DNA of 64,000 nucleotides from a virus: IMG/VR virus record IMGVR_UViG_3300037054_000044, positions 21,206 to 85,205 of that record; one strand, 5' to 3'. Shown piece by piece: positions 38,916 to 47,316 of this stretch (position 1 is its first letter; each line of letters starts with the position of its first letter). The notes under the pieces were generated by a model. It saw only the letters and a program-made list of their open reading frames with translations, ran no database searches and was not told where the DNA came from. The position numbers and the translations under genes were made by a program.

Positions 38916-40681
38916 TTCTTTCGCCTCGCTTTCATCGTGTTGATGGCTACGCTTGCTTGTCCTGCAGTAATGCCCGTTTCCAAGTGGCACGTTGGACACA
39001 TCTTAGCAGACTGCTGACCGGGACACAAGCACTTTAGCAATGGACGGTTCCTGCTCAGTGACCTTAGTAGTTTCTTAGCAGGCTCACTGGCAGGGTACGT
39101 ATGCCACTCTGCTTCGCGTGTAACCAGCTTCATTCGGTCGGGACGGCACCGCTGCATCACTTCATCTGCCGAGGCAAACGCCTCTTGAAGTGAGTTGTAG
39201 ATGCCTAGTTGCTTGTCCACGTTCACTGCTGAGATTGATAGAACGTATTCGCCTAGCTCATTCTCAGCAATTGCCAAGCGTTCGTGCTTATGAGCGTAGA
39301 ACATACCTTTGAGTTCCTGCTTCTCGGGGATTTGCAGAGTATAGCCCCCTGCGCTATCTGCCATCCATGCTAACTTGGAGAATTCTAAGACTTCTTCTCC
39401 GTAGGGCTTGGCAAACAAATCTACACTCTCTACGTATGCGTTTATTTTGGAGATATCAGTGAGTTGTGTGAAATCTATGCCGGGGAACTTTTCCTGCATA
39501 GCTTCCAACTTCTCTGCTGCATCAGTGAGTGATCCTCCTTGTAGATTTAACTCAGGACTCATCCCTAACAGCGATGGCAAAGTTACTAAACTGCAGCGTT
39601 TGTAGTTGTCCACCACGTCAATCACGGAGCAGTCCGTTTTGCCGTCCATAATACGTGTTCCACGTCCAACCATCTGCGTGTACAAAGAACCACTTTTAGT
39701 AGGCCGCGCAAGTACGATGCAAGCCACAGAAGGACTATCGAACCCTTCAGTGAGCAGCGCACAGTTGCACAGCACCTGTACCTTTCCAGATTCAAACCAG
39801 TTCAACTTATCAGCGCGTTGGGGATCGTCCCCGTAGATGGGCTGCGCCATCACTCCGTTGCGTAGAAACATCTCCGCAAGGTCTTTGCCGTGCTGCACGT
39901 CCACAGTAAAGCACAGAGTCGGTCTGTTATTGGTATTCTCCTTCCATGCCTTGACTACCTGTAGATTACGTTCCGGTGTATTAACAGCCTCTGAAAGCTG
40001 CTCCGTGGCAAAGTCACCGGCAACAGTCTTTACTGCATCGAGGTTAGTCTGCGTGCCTACCCTAAAGCCTTTCAGTGGGCACAGGAAGCCTTCTTTTATG
40101 CCGCGCCGGATTGGGAAGCTGTAGACGATTTTGCTGAACACACTTTTCAGCGTCAGCAGATCGTCGTCGTCTAGTGTGTTGATTTGCTTTCCGCGTGCTT
40201 TGTTGCGCCTGCGCGGTGTGGCGGTGAACCCAACCAGCAATTTATCGCTAGCTGGCAGGAGAACACCTGAGTCCTCAAGAATGTTGAGGTAGCTCCCGCC
40301 TAAAACGTGGTGGCACTCATCTATTACGATTGTGCCGATGTCGTCCCAGAAGTGCTCTAAACGCTTGGAACCTGCGCGACCTACCGAGGCGTTGCACGCG
40401 ACTATTACGTCGCAGTCGGCCTCGGCATGGTGCCCTGCTTTCTCAAGTCCTACTTTGAGCGTGGGGTTCCAGTGTTGAATCTTGTCTACCGCTTGATCCA
40501 GCAACTCACTGCGATGAGCAATGACCAGCATCTTCCCCTTGTTCAATCGCGCAGGAAGGTTGCTGAATACCACGGTCTTGCCCAGCCCTGTTGCCATAAC
40601 CACTAATTGATGGCGTACGCCTGCTTGCATGTTCTCTACGATAGCATCCAAACAGTCTTCTTGATATTTTCGTAGCTGCAC
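38912..40681 (-). CDS. SF2 DEAD/DEAH-box helicase (Irc3/Res-like)
   Basis: LRKYQ, MATGLGKT, DECHH, TATP, LTEGFD, QMVGRGTR. Confidence 0.95.
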   Translation of the reverse strand: MQLRKYQEDCLDAIVENMQAGVRHQLVVMATGLGKTVVFSNLPARLNKGKMLVIAHRSELLDQAVDKIQHWNPTLKVGLEKAGHHAEADCDVIVACNASVGRAGSKRLEHFWDDIGTIVIDECHHVLGGSYLNILEDSGVLLPASDKLLVGFTATPRRRNKARGKQINTLDDDDLLTLKSVFSKIVYSFPIRRGIKEGFLCPLKGFRVGTQTNLDAVKTVAGDFATEQLSEAVNTPERNLQVVKAWKENTNNRPTLCFTVDVQHGKDLAEMFLRNGVMAQPIYGDDPQRADKLNWFESGKVQVLCNCALLTEGFDSPSVACIVLARPTKSGSLYTQMVGRGTRIMDGKTDCSVIDVVDNYKRCSLVTLPSLLGMSPELNLQGGSLTDAAEKLEAMQEKFPGIDFTQLTDISKINAYVESVDLFAKPYGEEVLEFSKLAWMADSAGGYTLQIPEKQELKGMFYAHKHERLAIAENELGEYVLSISAVNVDKQLGIYNSLQEAFASADEVMQRCRPDRMKLVTREAEWHTYPASEPAKKLLRSLSRNRPLLKCLCPGQQSAKMCPTCHLETGITAGQASVAINTMKARRKK

Positions 40682-40694
40682 AGGCGTCCTCCTT

Positions 40695-41231
40695 TCAGTT
40701 TGTTCTCATTTTGTTTAGCAGTTTTCCTATTTCCACAAACTGCTCGTATGTAAAGCGGTTTCCTCGGGTAAGGTTGCACACCGTGCAGCACACTACACAA
40801 TTCTCCGTGGAGTATCCCTTGGAATTGTCTTTGCGGTCTAGGTTGTAGTTGCCGCGTTTTCTTGTCCCTATGTTATGCTGCGCCCATGTTACAGTGGCGT
40901 TGCAGTAGTGACATGTTGATACCTTGGTGTATTCCAAGAACTGCTTGAAAGTTAGGGCACATGCATGTCCTTGTGTCGCGGACGACTTCCTCAGTTTGTG
41001 GTACAAGGATGCGTACGGCACTCCGCGTACTGCCTCCAAATTTAAACACTTGCAACTTCTTACAGGTTTGGTTTTGTTCCGCAGGCTATTTGCTCTTACT
41101 CCCTTATAATTACCGCAGTCACATAAGCATAACCACCATCTCCCTGCCCCTAAAGACTGTAACTCTGCGGTTACTAGTAGCCTGCCGAAACGTTCGCCCA
41201 GCAAGTCATTTCCTTTACGGCCAACTTTCAT
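40695..41231 (-). CDS. HNH-type endonuclease
   Basis: GERFGRL..WLCLCDCG; CHYC; LDRKDNSKGYS.ENCVVCCTVCN. Confidence 0.88.
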   Translation of the reverse strand: MKVGRKGNDLLGERFGRLLVTAELQSLGAGRWWLCLCDCGNYKGVRANSLRNKTKPVRSCKCLNLEAVRGVPYASLYHKLRKSSATQGHACALTFKQFLEYTKVSTCHYCNATVTWAQHNIGTRKRGNYNLDRKDNSKGYSTENCVVCCTVCNLTRGNRFTYEQFVEIGKLLNKMRTN

Positions 41232-41350
41232 AGTTTCGCCTTGCCAATTCCCGTGGCGGCTACGACGAGTTGCTGGTAGCAACCTGCCAAGTATTCGTTG
41301 CGGATTGATTCCAAGCATTCTACTTGGCGTGGGCGTAGCGATAGAGCCAT
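41228..41350 (-). pseudogene. Orphan 40-codon duplicate of the helicase 5' end
   Basis: MALSLRPRQVECLESIRNEYLAGCYQQLVVAATGIGKAKL*; Q-motif and Walker A; own AAGGAGG RBS. Confidence 0.8.
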
Positions 41351-41362
41351 GGTAACCTCCTT

Positions 41363-41833
41363 TCAGTTTTTAATCCACCCAACACCTTTGCATTGTGGGC
41401 ATTGCTTTCCTGTTACTTTTTCTGGGCGCTCCCAGACTCCTTCAGTCTCATCACTTTCCCACTCTTGATAATCGGAAAACTCTAAAGGTGTCCTTGGAGG
41501 GAACCCTTTAACCCAGCCCTTTACTGGTTTGAAGTTTGGGTCTGTGTTGTCGTACTCTTTTGGGTATGCAGGGGTGTACTCTTTGGTTATAGGCGAAACT
41601 GTTTCGCCTCTGCTGTGATTACCTCCATCGAGCATATACTGCACTGCACGTATAGAGCGTCCTAAATGTTTTTCACAAAACTCAGTTTTGGTTTTGCATC
41701 CTCGTATTGTTTCTTGTGGTTGAAGTTTTTCAAACTCTTTCCACAGGTTTTTGATGTCTGTTTTGTGTGCTGCAAGTTTAGCGAACGCTGCTACCACTTT
41801 CTCTGCTAAGGCTTCTCTTTTTTTCTGGTCCAC
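41363..41833 (-). CDS. Hypothetical protein (possible HTH)
   Basis: FCEKHLGRSIRAVQYML; start uncertain, overlaps 3' end of the mom-like gene. Confidence 0.5.
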   Translation of the reverse strand: MDQKKREALAEKVVAAFAKLAAHKTDIKNLWKEFEKLQPQETIRGCKTKTEFCEKHLGRSIRAVQYMLDGGNHSRGETVSPITKEYTPAYPKEYDNTDPNFKPVKGWVKGFPPRTPLEFSDYQEWESDETEGVWERPEKVTGKQCPQCKGVGWIKN

Positions 41834-42686
41834 CTTCACCTCGTGGTATCTCGTAGTACTCCATACCCTCGAACAAATCTTTAATATGGAGAATTTTTCC
41901 TTCTTCCTTTTCAAGTGTAGCTGCTCCGCTGGCAATAGCCGCTCGCAATCTAACTGACAAAGAAGTTAAATACTCAGGAGTTTTAATAACGTACACCAAT
42001 CGCCCCGTTGCTCGTTCTGTCCAGCATATAGCCCTAGGTTTTTCAAGGGAGACTGCTGTTTTCCAATCATGCAGTACTTTAGGGTCTAATTCACTTTCAG
42101 AGCGTACTCGGAAGTTTTGGTACTGATCCAAGTTGCGTATAGGAAGACGCCTGCCCTTCTTAAAAGTTTTACCATCTACGGTGAAGTCTTTTTGCATGAT
42201 AGCGGCTCTAGTGCTTCCAGCCTCTTTGACCAGATGAAAACCGCTAGCACAGTAGATTAGCCCTGTATGTTTACCGTCTGGGTGCTCAGGTCGTTTTTGA
42301 TTGGGGTCAGCATAGGATATTACTCTTTCTACTCCCAAAGTAGCTAGTTTTTGAAGCATTCTCCCTAAGAGGAAACTTTCGCTGTTCTTTGGTAACTCAT
42401 CCAGTAGCACTAGCCGTCGCAACTCAACTGCAATAACACCCGGACGAGTCTCTTGTTTGGAAGCAGAGTATTCTCCGTATTTTCTTTCTGTTTGAGTCTG
42501 TCCGGGCATTCCAAAAATGGCTGCTCCCACTTGTTTTTGAAAGTCATCTTTTAGAACCACCTCAAAAGACATGAAAGGCGTTATGCCTTTTACAGAGTGG
42601 GAGTAATGGTGCTCCTCTACAAACTTCCTGATGTCTCCCATGGAAGTGCAAGGGCGTATCCATAGGTTTTCTAGTTCAACAGTCAC
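41778..42686 (-). CDS. mom: Mom-family (GNAT-fold) DNA adenine modification enzyme
   Basis: HHYS, GAAIFG, ELRRL....PKNSESFLL, VISYADP, HTGLIY.ASGF motifs. Confidence 0.8.
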   Translation of the reverse strand: MTVELENLWIRPCTSMGDIRKFVEEHHYSHSVKGITPFMSFEVVLKDDFQKQVGAAIFGMPGQTQTERKYGEYSASKQETRPGVIAVELRRLVLLDELPKNSESFLLGRMLQKLATLGVERVISYADPNQKRPEHPDGKHTGLIYCASGFHLVKEAGSTRAAIMQKDFTVDGKTFKKGRRLPIRNLDQYQNFRVRSESELDPKVLHDWKTAVSLEKPRAICWTERATGRLVYVIKTPEYLTSLSVRLRAAIASGAATLEKEEGKILHIKDLFEGMEYYEIPRGEGGPEKKRSLSRESGSSVR

Positions 42687-42706
42687 GTTTTTCCTTTCTT
42701 TGAAAA

Positions 42707-42778
42707 TGGAGCGGGGTGGTCGGTTCGATACGCCATCTCCTGACGGGTAGTCAGGTGTCCTGCTTAGACGAACCCCGC
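42707..42778 (-). tRNA. Atypical tRNA-Gly(ACC)
   Basis: GCGGGGT/ACCCCGC-T-CCA acceptor; CCTGA/TCAGG anticodon stem with loop CTACCCG; short D loop; distorted T arm. Confidence 0.8.
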
Positions 42779-42785
42779 ATATTGA

Positions 42786-43529
42786 TTATACAGCCTGTCC
42801 TTGTGCACAGTCAACAGGCTGTATACGTCCGTCTTTGATTAGCCTTAGCACATGGAAAAACCAAAAACTGTCCCAATTTAACGTGACTTTTGGACCCCAA
42901 GAACTGTCCTCTTTCTGTGCCACGCTTGTTAGAAACTCATTCCGAAGGTTATCAAAATGGCATCTTTGTGCTTCCGTCATAACTTCCATTTTGAAAGTAG
43001 CAGCCGTTCCTTTCGGACGCTGTGCTTTGCCTTTATTTCTTTCTCCTATTGGGGTGGCATCACAATGTGACAGTCCATATTTAGCCAGTTCACCTAACGA
43101 TGTGCCGTAATTGTTTGCAATCTCCTCGGCACGTGCTTCAGTCCCTGCGTGGTAAGAATAACGAGAAGGTTGTATTCCGTGCTCAAAAAGAGCCTCGGAA
43201 ACTGAAGCCGCGTCTGGTGATGCAAGTAACTTAGTGAGCATACCTTCCGCATGGCTCTTTGCTTTTTTCTTGCGGTTTTCTTCCTTCTGTTCTGGGGTTA
43301 AGGAACTACGGCGCTTGAGTGCTGTGACTTGTATAGGAGGGGCTGGGGTGTATGCCTCCCCTGTAAACTCAAAGCGGGTCTTCGGAGCAATGAATACCTG
43401 CTTACTGGCAACGTTCATCACTCTCAACAATCCTTGTTTAACGCCTTTTTGCCCTGCTGGGTCCATGATGTAACGGTCGTTTTGCTTGTATAGCGGATCG
43501 CAGTTGTCACGGAACATAGGCTCACTCAT
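42786..43529 (-). CDS. Hypothetical protein
   Basis: 247 aa, AAGGAG RBS, ends 7 nt before the tRNA. Confidence 0.65.
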   Translation of the reverse strand: MSEPMFRDNCDPLYKQNDRYIMDPAGQKGVKQGLLRVMNVASKQVFIAPKTRFEFTGEAYTPAPPIQVTALKRRSSLTPEQKEENRKKKAKSHAEGMLTKLLASPDAASVSEALFEHGIQPSRYSYHAGTEARAEEIANNYGTSLGELAKYGLSHCDATPIGERNKGKAQRPKGTAATFKMEVMTEAQRCHFDNLRNEFLTSVAQKEDSSWGPKVTLNWDSFWFFHVLRLIKDGRIQPVDCAQGQAV

Positions 43530-43795
43530 CGTTGGTCTCCTTTAATCTTCCTGATCTTCAACTGGTGTGAACTCTTCCCCACACTCAGGGCATGTATATG
43601 TCACAGAGCCGCAGTTGGAGCACGTACGCATCTCTTCATAACTGCCTGTTTGCACAGGCCCACAATTAGGACACTCTATGTCCATGAACCCTCACCTCCG
43701 TACGTTAGCGTTGCGAACTTCCTTCACTCTCGTTCTACCTCTGCATCGCCATACTCCGCGAATGCATTGGGGACTGCTAGGTATTCGATACGCTC

Positions 43796-44380
43796 CTATT
43801 CTGTTCCTCCCATTACGAACATATGGAAGCAGGCTTGGTGCTTCTCCTCTTCAACTATTGCTCGATTCATTACCACTTCGTAACTGAGCACCACCCTCAT
43901 CCATTGCAATTGTGCTCTGGTCATGCCACGTTTTGCTATGTCCACAGTACTGCCAGTTTCATGAGATGAAGCAGTCTCCCCGTCCACGGGCGCGGCGTTC
44001 CTGTTGCGTTTGCGTAGCCGTCGCTGTGTATCTGCATCGCGCACTGCGCTGTCAATCGTTAGGTACTTACCGAAACGCAGACGATATGCTTCGGACAACG
44101 TAAGGAGAAATTGGACCGTTGTCGGACGCGCATATCGTCTGCTGAGAGGCAGGCTGGGCGCTACGTGAAGCCCTAGGGTTTCAGGGAGGGCGATGAGAAC
44201 TCCACGGCGTACTGCTTCCTGCACTTCATCTTCATTTTGAAATCTCTGCAGGTTCATCTGGTCTGCGCACAGGTTTTGCCGTACGAGTGAACTGTGGGAC
44301 GGGGTTATGGGAGTCCGCTTGGCGAGTGACCGTGCCTGTGCGGTGCCAATCAGCAATAGGATCATCAAAGCAGTTCGCAT
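43796..44380 (-). CDS. DUF5715-like / M15-type peptidase-fold protein with signal peptide
   Basis: SAVR..Q.RLR.RNRNAA...SSHETG.TVDI...CFH. Confidence 0.7.
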   Translation of the reverse strand: MRTALMILLLIGTAQARSLAKRTPITPSHSSLVRQNLCADQMNLQRFQNEDEVQEAVRRGVLIALPETLGLHVAPSLPLSRRYARPTTVQFLLTLSEAYRLRFGKYLTIDSAVRDADTQRRLRKRNRNAAPVDGETASSHETGSTVDIAKRGMTRAQLQWMRVVLSYEVVMNRAIVEEEKHQACFHMFVMGGTE

Positions 44381-44392
44381 AGCAGTCCTCCA

Positions 44393-44653
44393 TTAGTTTG
44401 GTCTCCATCCATTCAGCCTTGTAATGATGTGCCCTACAATCTCTAAATCGCCTCGGTGCACAGCTTCATGGCATTGATTACACAAAGTGAGTAAGTTCTC
44501 TGCTGTGTCCTCGCCTTGGTGTGACCTGTACACAACGTGATGGCAGTGCAGGTTGCCACGCATCCCGCATGATCTGCACTTCCACCCATCCCTTTGCATT
44601 ACGCTCCTACAGAGCGCATGGTATTCCTTTTCAGGCAGGCGTAGGTTTGACAT
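44393..44653 (-). CDS. Small HNH endonuclease
   Basis: RDGWKCRSCG..LHCHHVVYRS.QG.D..ENLLTLCNQCH. Confidence 0.88.
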   Translation of the reverse strand: MSNLRLPEKEYHALCRSVMQRDGWKCRSCGMRGNLHCHHVVYRSHQGEDTAENLLTLCNQCHEAVHRGDLEIVGHIITRLNGWRPN

Positions 44654-44888
44654 AGCCCTTCTGATGTTCAGGCCCTATTTTAGAAGCGTAGTCAATGCCG
44701 GGAGTGTTCTTGGTGTCCCCTGTGCGCTGTGCCTTGGCCTTTGCTCCATCAATGCTACGATGGGCAATGCCTCCCTGCCACTCTCCAAGTCCGTCAGGGG
44801 TTGGGGCAGCAGCATCAAGACTGCTTCCCTCTGCTACTGTCTTAGGTTGACGATCTGCGATGTGCTTCAGTTTTTGTTTTTCAGACAT
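44631..44888 (-). CDS. Hypothetical protein
   Basis: TAATG coupling. Confidence 0.5.
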   Translation of the reverse strand: MSEKQKLKHIADRQPKTVAEGSSLDAAAPTPDGLGEWQGGIAHRSIDGAKAKAQRTGDTKNTPGIDYASKIGPEHQKGYVKPTPA

Positions 44889-45328
44889 TAGGTTGTCTCC
44901 TTCCAAGATTTGCCTTTGACTGCACTTGCAACAGTGTGCCAATCCACGTTGTATAGCCTTGCTAGTTCGGCTATTTTAGCACCAGCGGCAAACTGCTTTC
45001 TTAAAAATCTCGCTGCCTCTACGGTTAGTACGTGGGATGCTCTTCGGCGTTGAGTTTTCCATTGCTCTTCTTTGGTAGCCCACTGGACGTTACCCGATTC
45101 GTAATTGCCTTCGGTGTCTTTGCGGTCTAATGTCTTTCCCTTCGGTCTAAGTCCTAGTTCGGAAAAGAACTGCTCAAAGCTAGTAAACAGGAACTTGATG
45201 CCTCTCCCTCCGTAGTTTTTCCACCCTTTGTAGTTTGGGTTGGTGCAGCGTTGCTTAGCGTTGTTGTACGCCTTGTACTCGGGCTGCATTGTTTCATGGG
45301 TGCACATTCCATGTTTGTAACGTCCCAT
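44888..45328 (-). CDS. HNH-type endonuclease with C-terminal HTH
   Basis: YGGRGIKF..TLDRKD.EGNYESGNVQWAT. Confidence 0.85.
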   Translation of the reverse strand: MGRYKHGMCTHETMQPEYKAYNNAKQRCTNPNYKGWKNYGGRGIKFLFTSFEQFFSELGLRPKGKTLDRKDTEGNYESGNVQWATKEEQWKTQRRRASHVLTVEAARFLRKQFAAGAKIAELARLYNVDWHTVASAVKGKSWKETT

Positions 45329-46081
45329 TTAGAACTCCTCCATGGGTAGTTCAGCGTTGACATAATCCTGCATATCCTTTTCCTCGGTCGGTAGCTCTGG
45401 CTTGTCGCCGGGGTCTTCTTCGTAGTTAAGATCAGCATTGAAGGCCGCGCAGATGCATTCGTAGCACTCGCCCTCCGAGTACTCCACAGCATTGCCTGTG
45501 TCCTCATCGCGTCCCTTGCTGCCCAGGTACTTCCGTGCCTTTTCAATCGCCGCGCTGATGACGAGTGCCCACGTCGTAATGTCAGTGGAGTAGGAGCGGA
45601 TTACACGGCGATCCTTCCCGACTTGCCCTTTTAGCCGCGCCACCTCTTCTTTCACCTGCTCTACGTTCAGCTTGTCTGAATCTAAGATCAACCGTACGAT
45701 GTGTTCGTCCAGCGGCTCATGCACGTGATCCAGTGCGTTGTAGTATGTCTTCTCTGGGTTTAGTGTTGTGATCTCTCGCAGCTTGCTTGTTCCAGCAGGC
45801 TCATACTGCTCGCGTTTAAGGCCCACCGCTTTGCACACTGTGCCGATGCGAGTAAGGTATTGAACCTTGCGTTCTTTGAGACCCAACTCATTGATTCCGT
45901 AGTCAAGCACAGATGCAAAGCCCCACTGCAAAGGGTAGTTGTTATCCCGCGCTTCACACAGCAATTCTACCATGTCGAATGTGGAGGCTTTCACATCCGC
46001 ACTCAGGTCCAGCAGTTGCCTACGCACCTTCGCCGCACGTCCGGCAATGGGTTCGCCTACGATCACAACTTCATTCATCAA
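45329..46081 (-). CDS. Hypothetical protein (possible DNA-binding)
   Basis: 250 aa ORF in operon. Confidence 0.6.
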   Translation of the reverse strand: MMNEVVIVGEPIAGRAAKVRRQLLDLSADVKASTFDMVELLCEARDNNYPLQWGFASVLDYGINELGLKERKVQYLTRIGTVCKAVGLKREQYEPAGTSKLREITTLNPEKTYYNALDHVHEPLDEHIVRLILDSDKLNVEQVKEEVARLKGQVGKDRRVIRSYSTDITTWALVISAAIEKARKYLGSKGRDEDTGNAVEYSEGECYECICAAFNADLNYEEDPGDKPELPTEEKDMQDYVNAELPMEEF

Positions 46082-46249
46082 AGTTCCCCTTACTCATTTC
46101 ATTTGCAGTGAAGGCTAGGCTGTCCAAGTATTCCTGAACTTTCCACAGTGGAGTGTCTGTACGTATGCCCTCTTGCGCCTGCTTAACCCTGTGAGCTAGC
46201 TCTGAGAGAGAACTGTGTACGTTGTCAAACAGTGCCATGGGTGTTCTCC

Positions 46250-46450
46250 TTAGAAGTACTTGGGTCCGACTGGGTTCAATCCCTCAGCGTGCTTCGGTTG
46301 TGGCTTCAGGTCTTCGATGCGAAGGCTGCGTCGAAAGTAGTTGAACCTATCGTCTATGAACTGCTTTGCCGAGTAATTGATGTTGTCGTCTTCAGCAGGC
46401 AATGTGTGGTACGCATTTGCCAACCTTAGCATTATTTGTAGTTTGTTCAT
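46250..46450 (-). CDS. Hypothetical protein
   Basis: AAAGGAG RBS. Confidence 0.5.
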   Translation of the reverse strand: MNKLQIMLRLANAYHTLPAEDDNINYSAKQFIDDRFNYFRRSLRIEDLKPQPKHAEGLNPVGPKYF

Positions 46451-46464
46451 GTGGTCTCCTTTGG

Positions 46465-46830
46465 GATTCGCATCGGGATACCGGAGGTCTTGCCCCCGGT
46501 CCCGTGCGATGGAACGTCACTCCTGCATTAGCAACCTGCAGCAGCGCCCATGGCCTTAGCCTTGGGAACGACAATGTTTTCATTGGCATTTCTTGGTTTT
46601 GGCTCTCCGTAACGTGGCGAGACAGAATCCGACTCGAAGTTATCCCCTTGACATCACCGTCGAAGCCGTGACAGGCCCATCAGCGCCACTTACCTTACCC
46701 CGCACATAGGCGTCCCTGATGCGGATAGGGTTGATGACCTTGGTTGGTAAGTGGCTCTGGTGGACCTGACGGGAGTTGAACCCGTGTCCGATAATGTAGC
46801 AGATAACCATTGACGAGCGTAAATTAAGGC
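46465..46830 (-). ncRNA. ssrA: Circularly permuted two-piece tmRNA: acceptor piece about 46830-46758, intervening hairpin 46757-46679, coding piece from 46678
   Basis: GGACACGGGTTCAACTCCCGTCAGGTCCACCA precedes GGGCCTGTCACGGCTTCGAC; G3:U70 pair; helix-2 complementarity; tag ORF ANENIVVPKAKAMGAAAGC* (46587-46528). Outer ends approximate. Confidence 0.88.
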
Positions 46831-46907
46831 AGCAGAACATCCACCGCGTGCGCCACGGCGTTGCTTAGGTGTCCACACTTTTAGGAGTCTACTACCATCT
46901 CGTTGCC

Positions 46908-47099
46908 CTACTTCTGGCGAACTTTGTACTGTACGCTCGGGTACTGTAGCTTCGATACATCTGCTGCGGCTTGCGCCAGTTCGCGGGTCTCGAAGTATCC
47001 CGGTACGCTGAATGAGCGGACGAACTTCTCATCTGACCCGTTCTTTTTCAGAATGATGAACCGTGTAACGTGCTTGCCTTCCGGCGTGCGTGATGCCAT
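46908..47099 (-). CDS. Small hypothetical protein
   Basis: AAAGGAG RBS. Confidence 0.55.
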   Translation of the reverse strand: MASRTPEGKHVTRFIILKKNGSDEKFVRSFSVPGYFETRELAQAAADVSKLQYPSVQYKVRQK

Positions 47100-47137
47100 G
47101 TTGTATTCTCCTTTGGATTTTAGTTGTGGTTCAAGGT

Positions 47138-47242
47138 TCAGGGCCTTCGTGAAGTGTGTCAGTCACCGAGACTCCGCGCTATAGTCGCAGCTTCTGGGTA
47201 GGTCTAATCTGACTCTAAATCCACACTTCGCGGAGACCCTGA
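47138..47242 (-). ncRNA. Candidate long-hairpin ncRNA
   Basis: TCAGGGTCT/AGGCCCTGA, GAAGTGT/ACACTTC and GTCAG/CTGAC nested stems in intergenic DNA. Confidence 0.35.
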
Positions 47243-47316
47243 GTAAGTCTCCGGGGAGTCGCACGGTTATTGCCATGCGTCACCGCCACCATCCTGAGAC
47301 ACACGCTCAGGCACGT

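Noticed and set aside
46392-46878. Short ORFs listed across the tmRNA locus
   Set aside because: They overlap the tmRNA structure, lack convincing RBS and are better explained as incidental frames.
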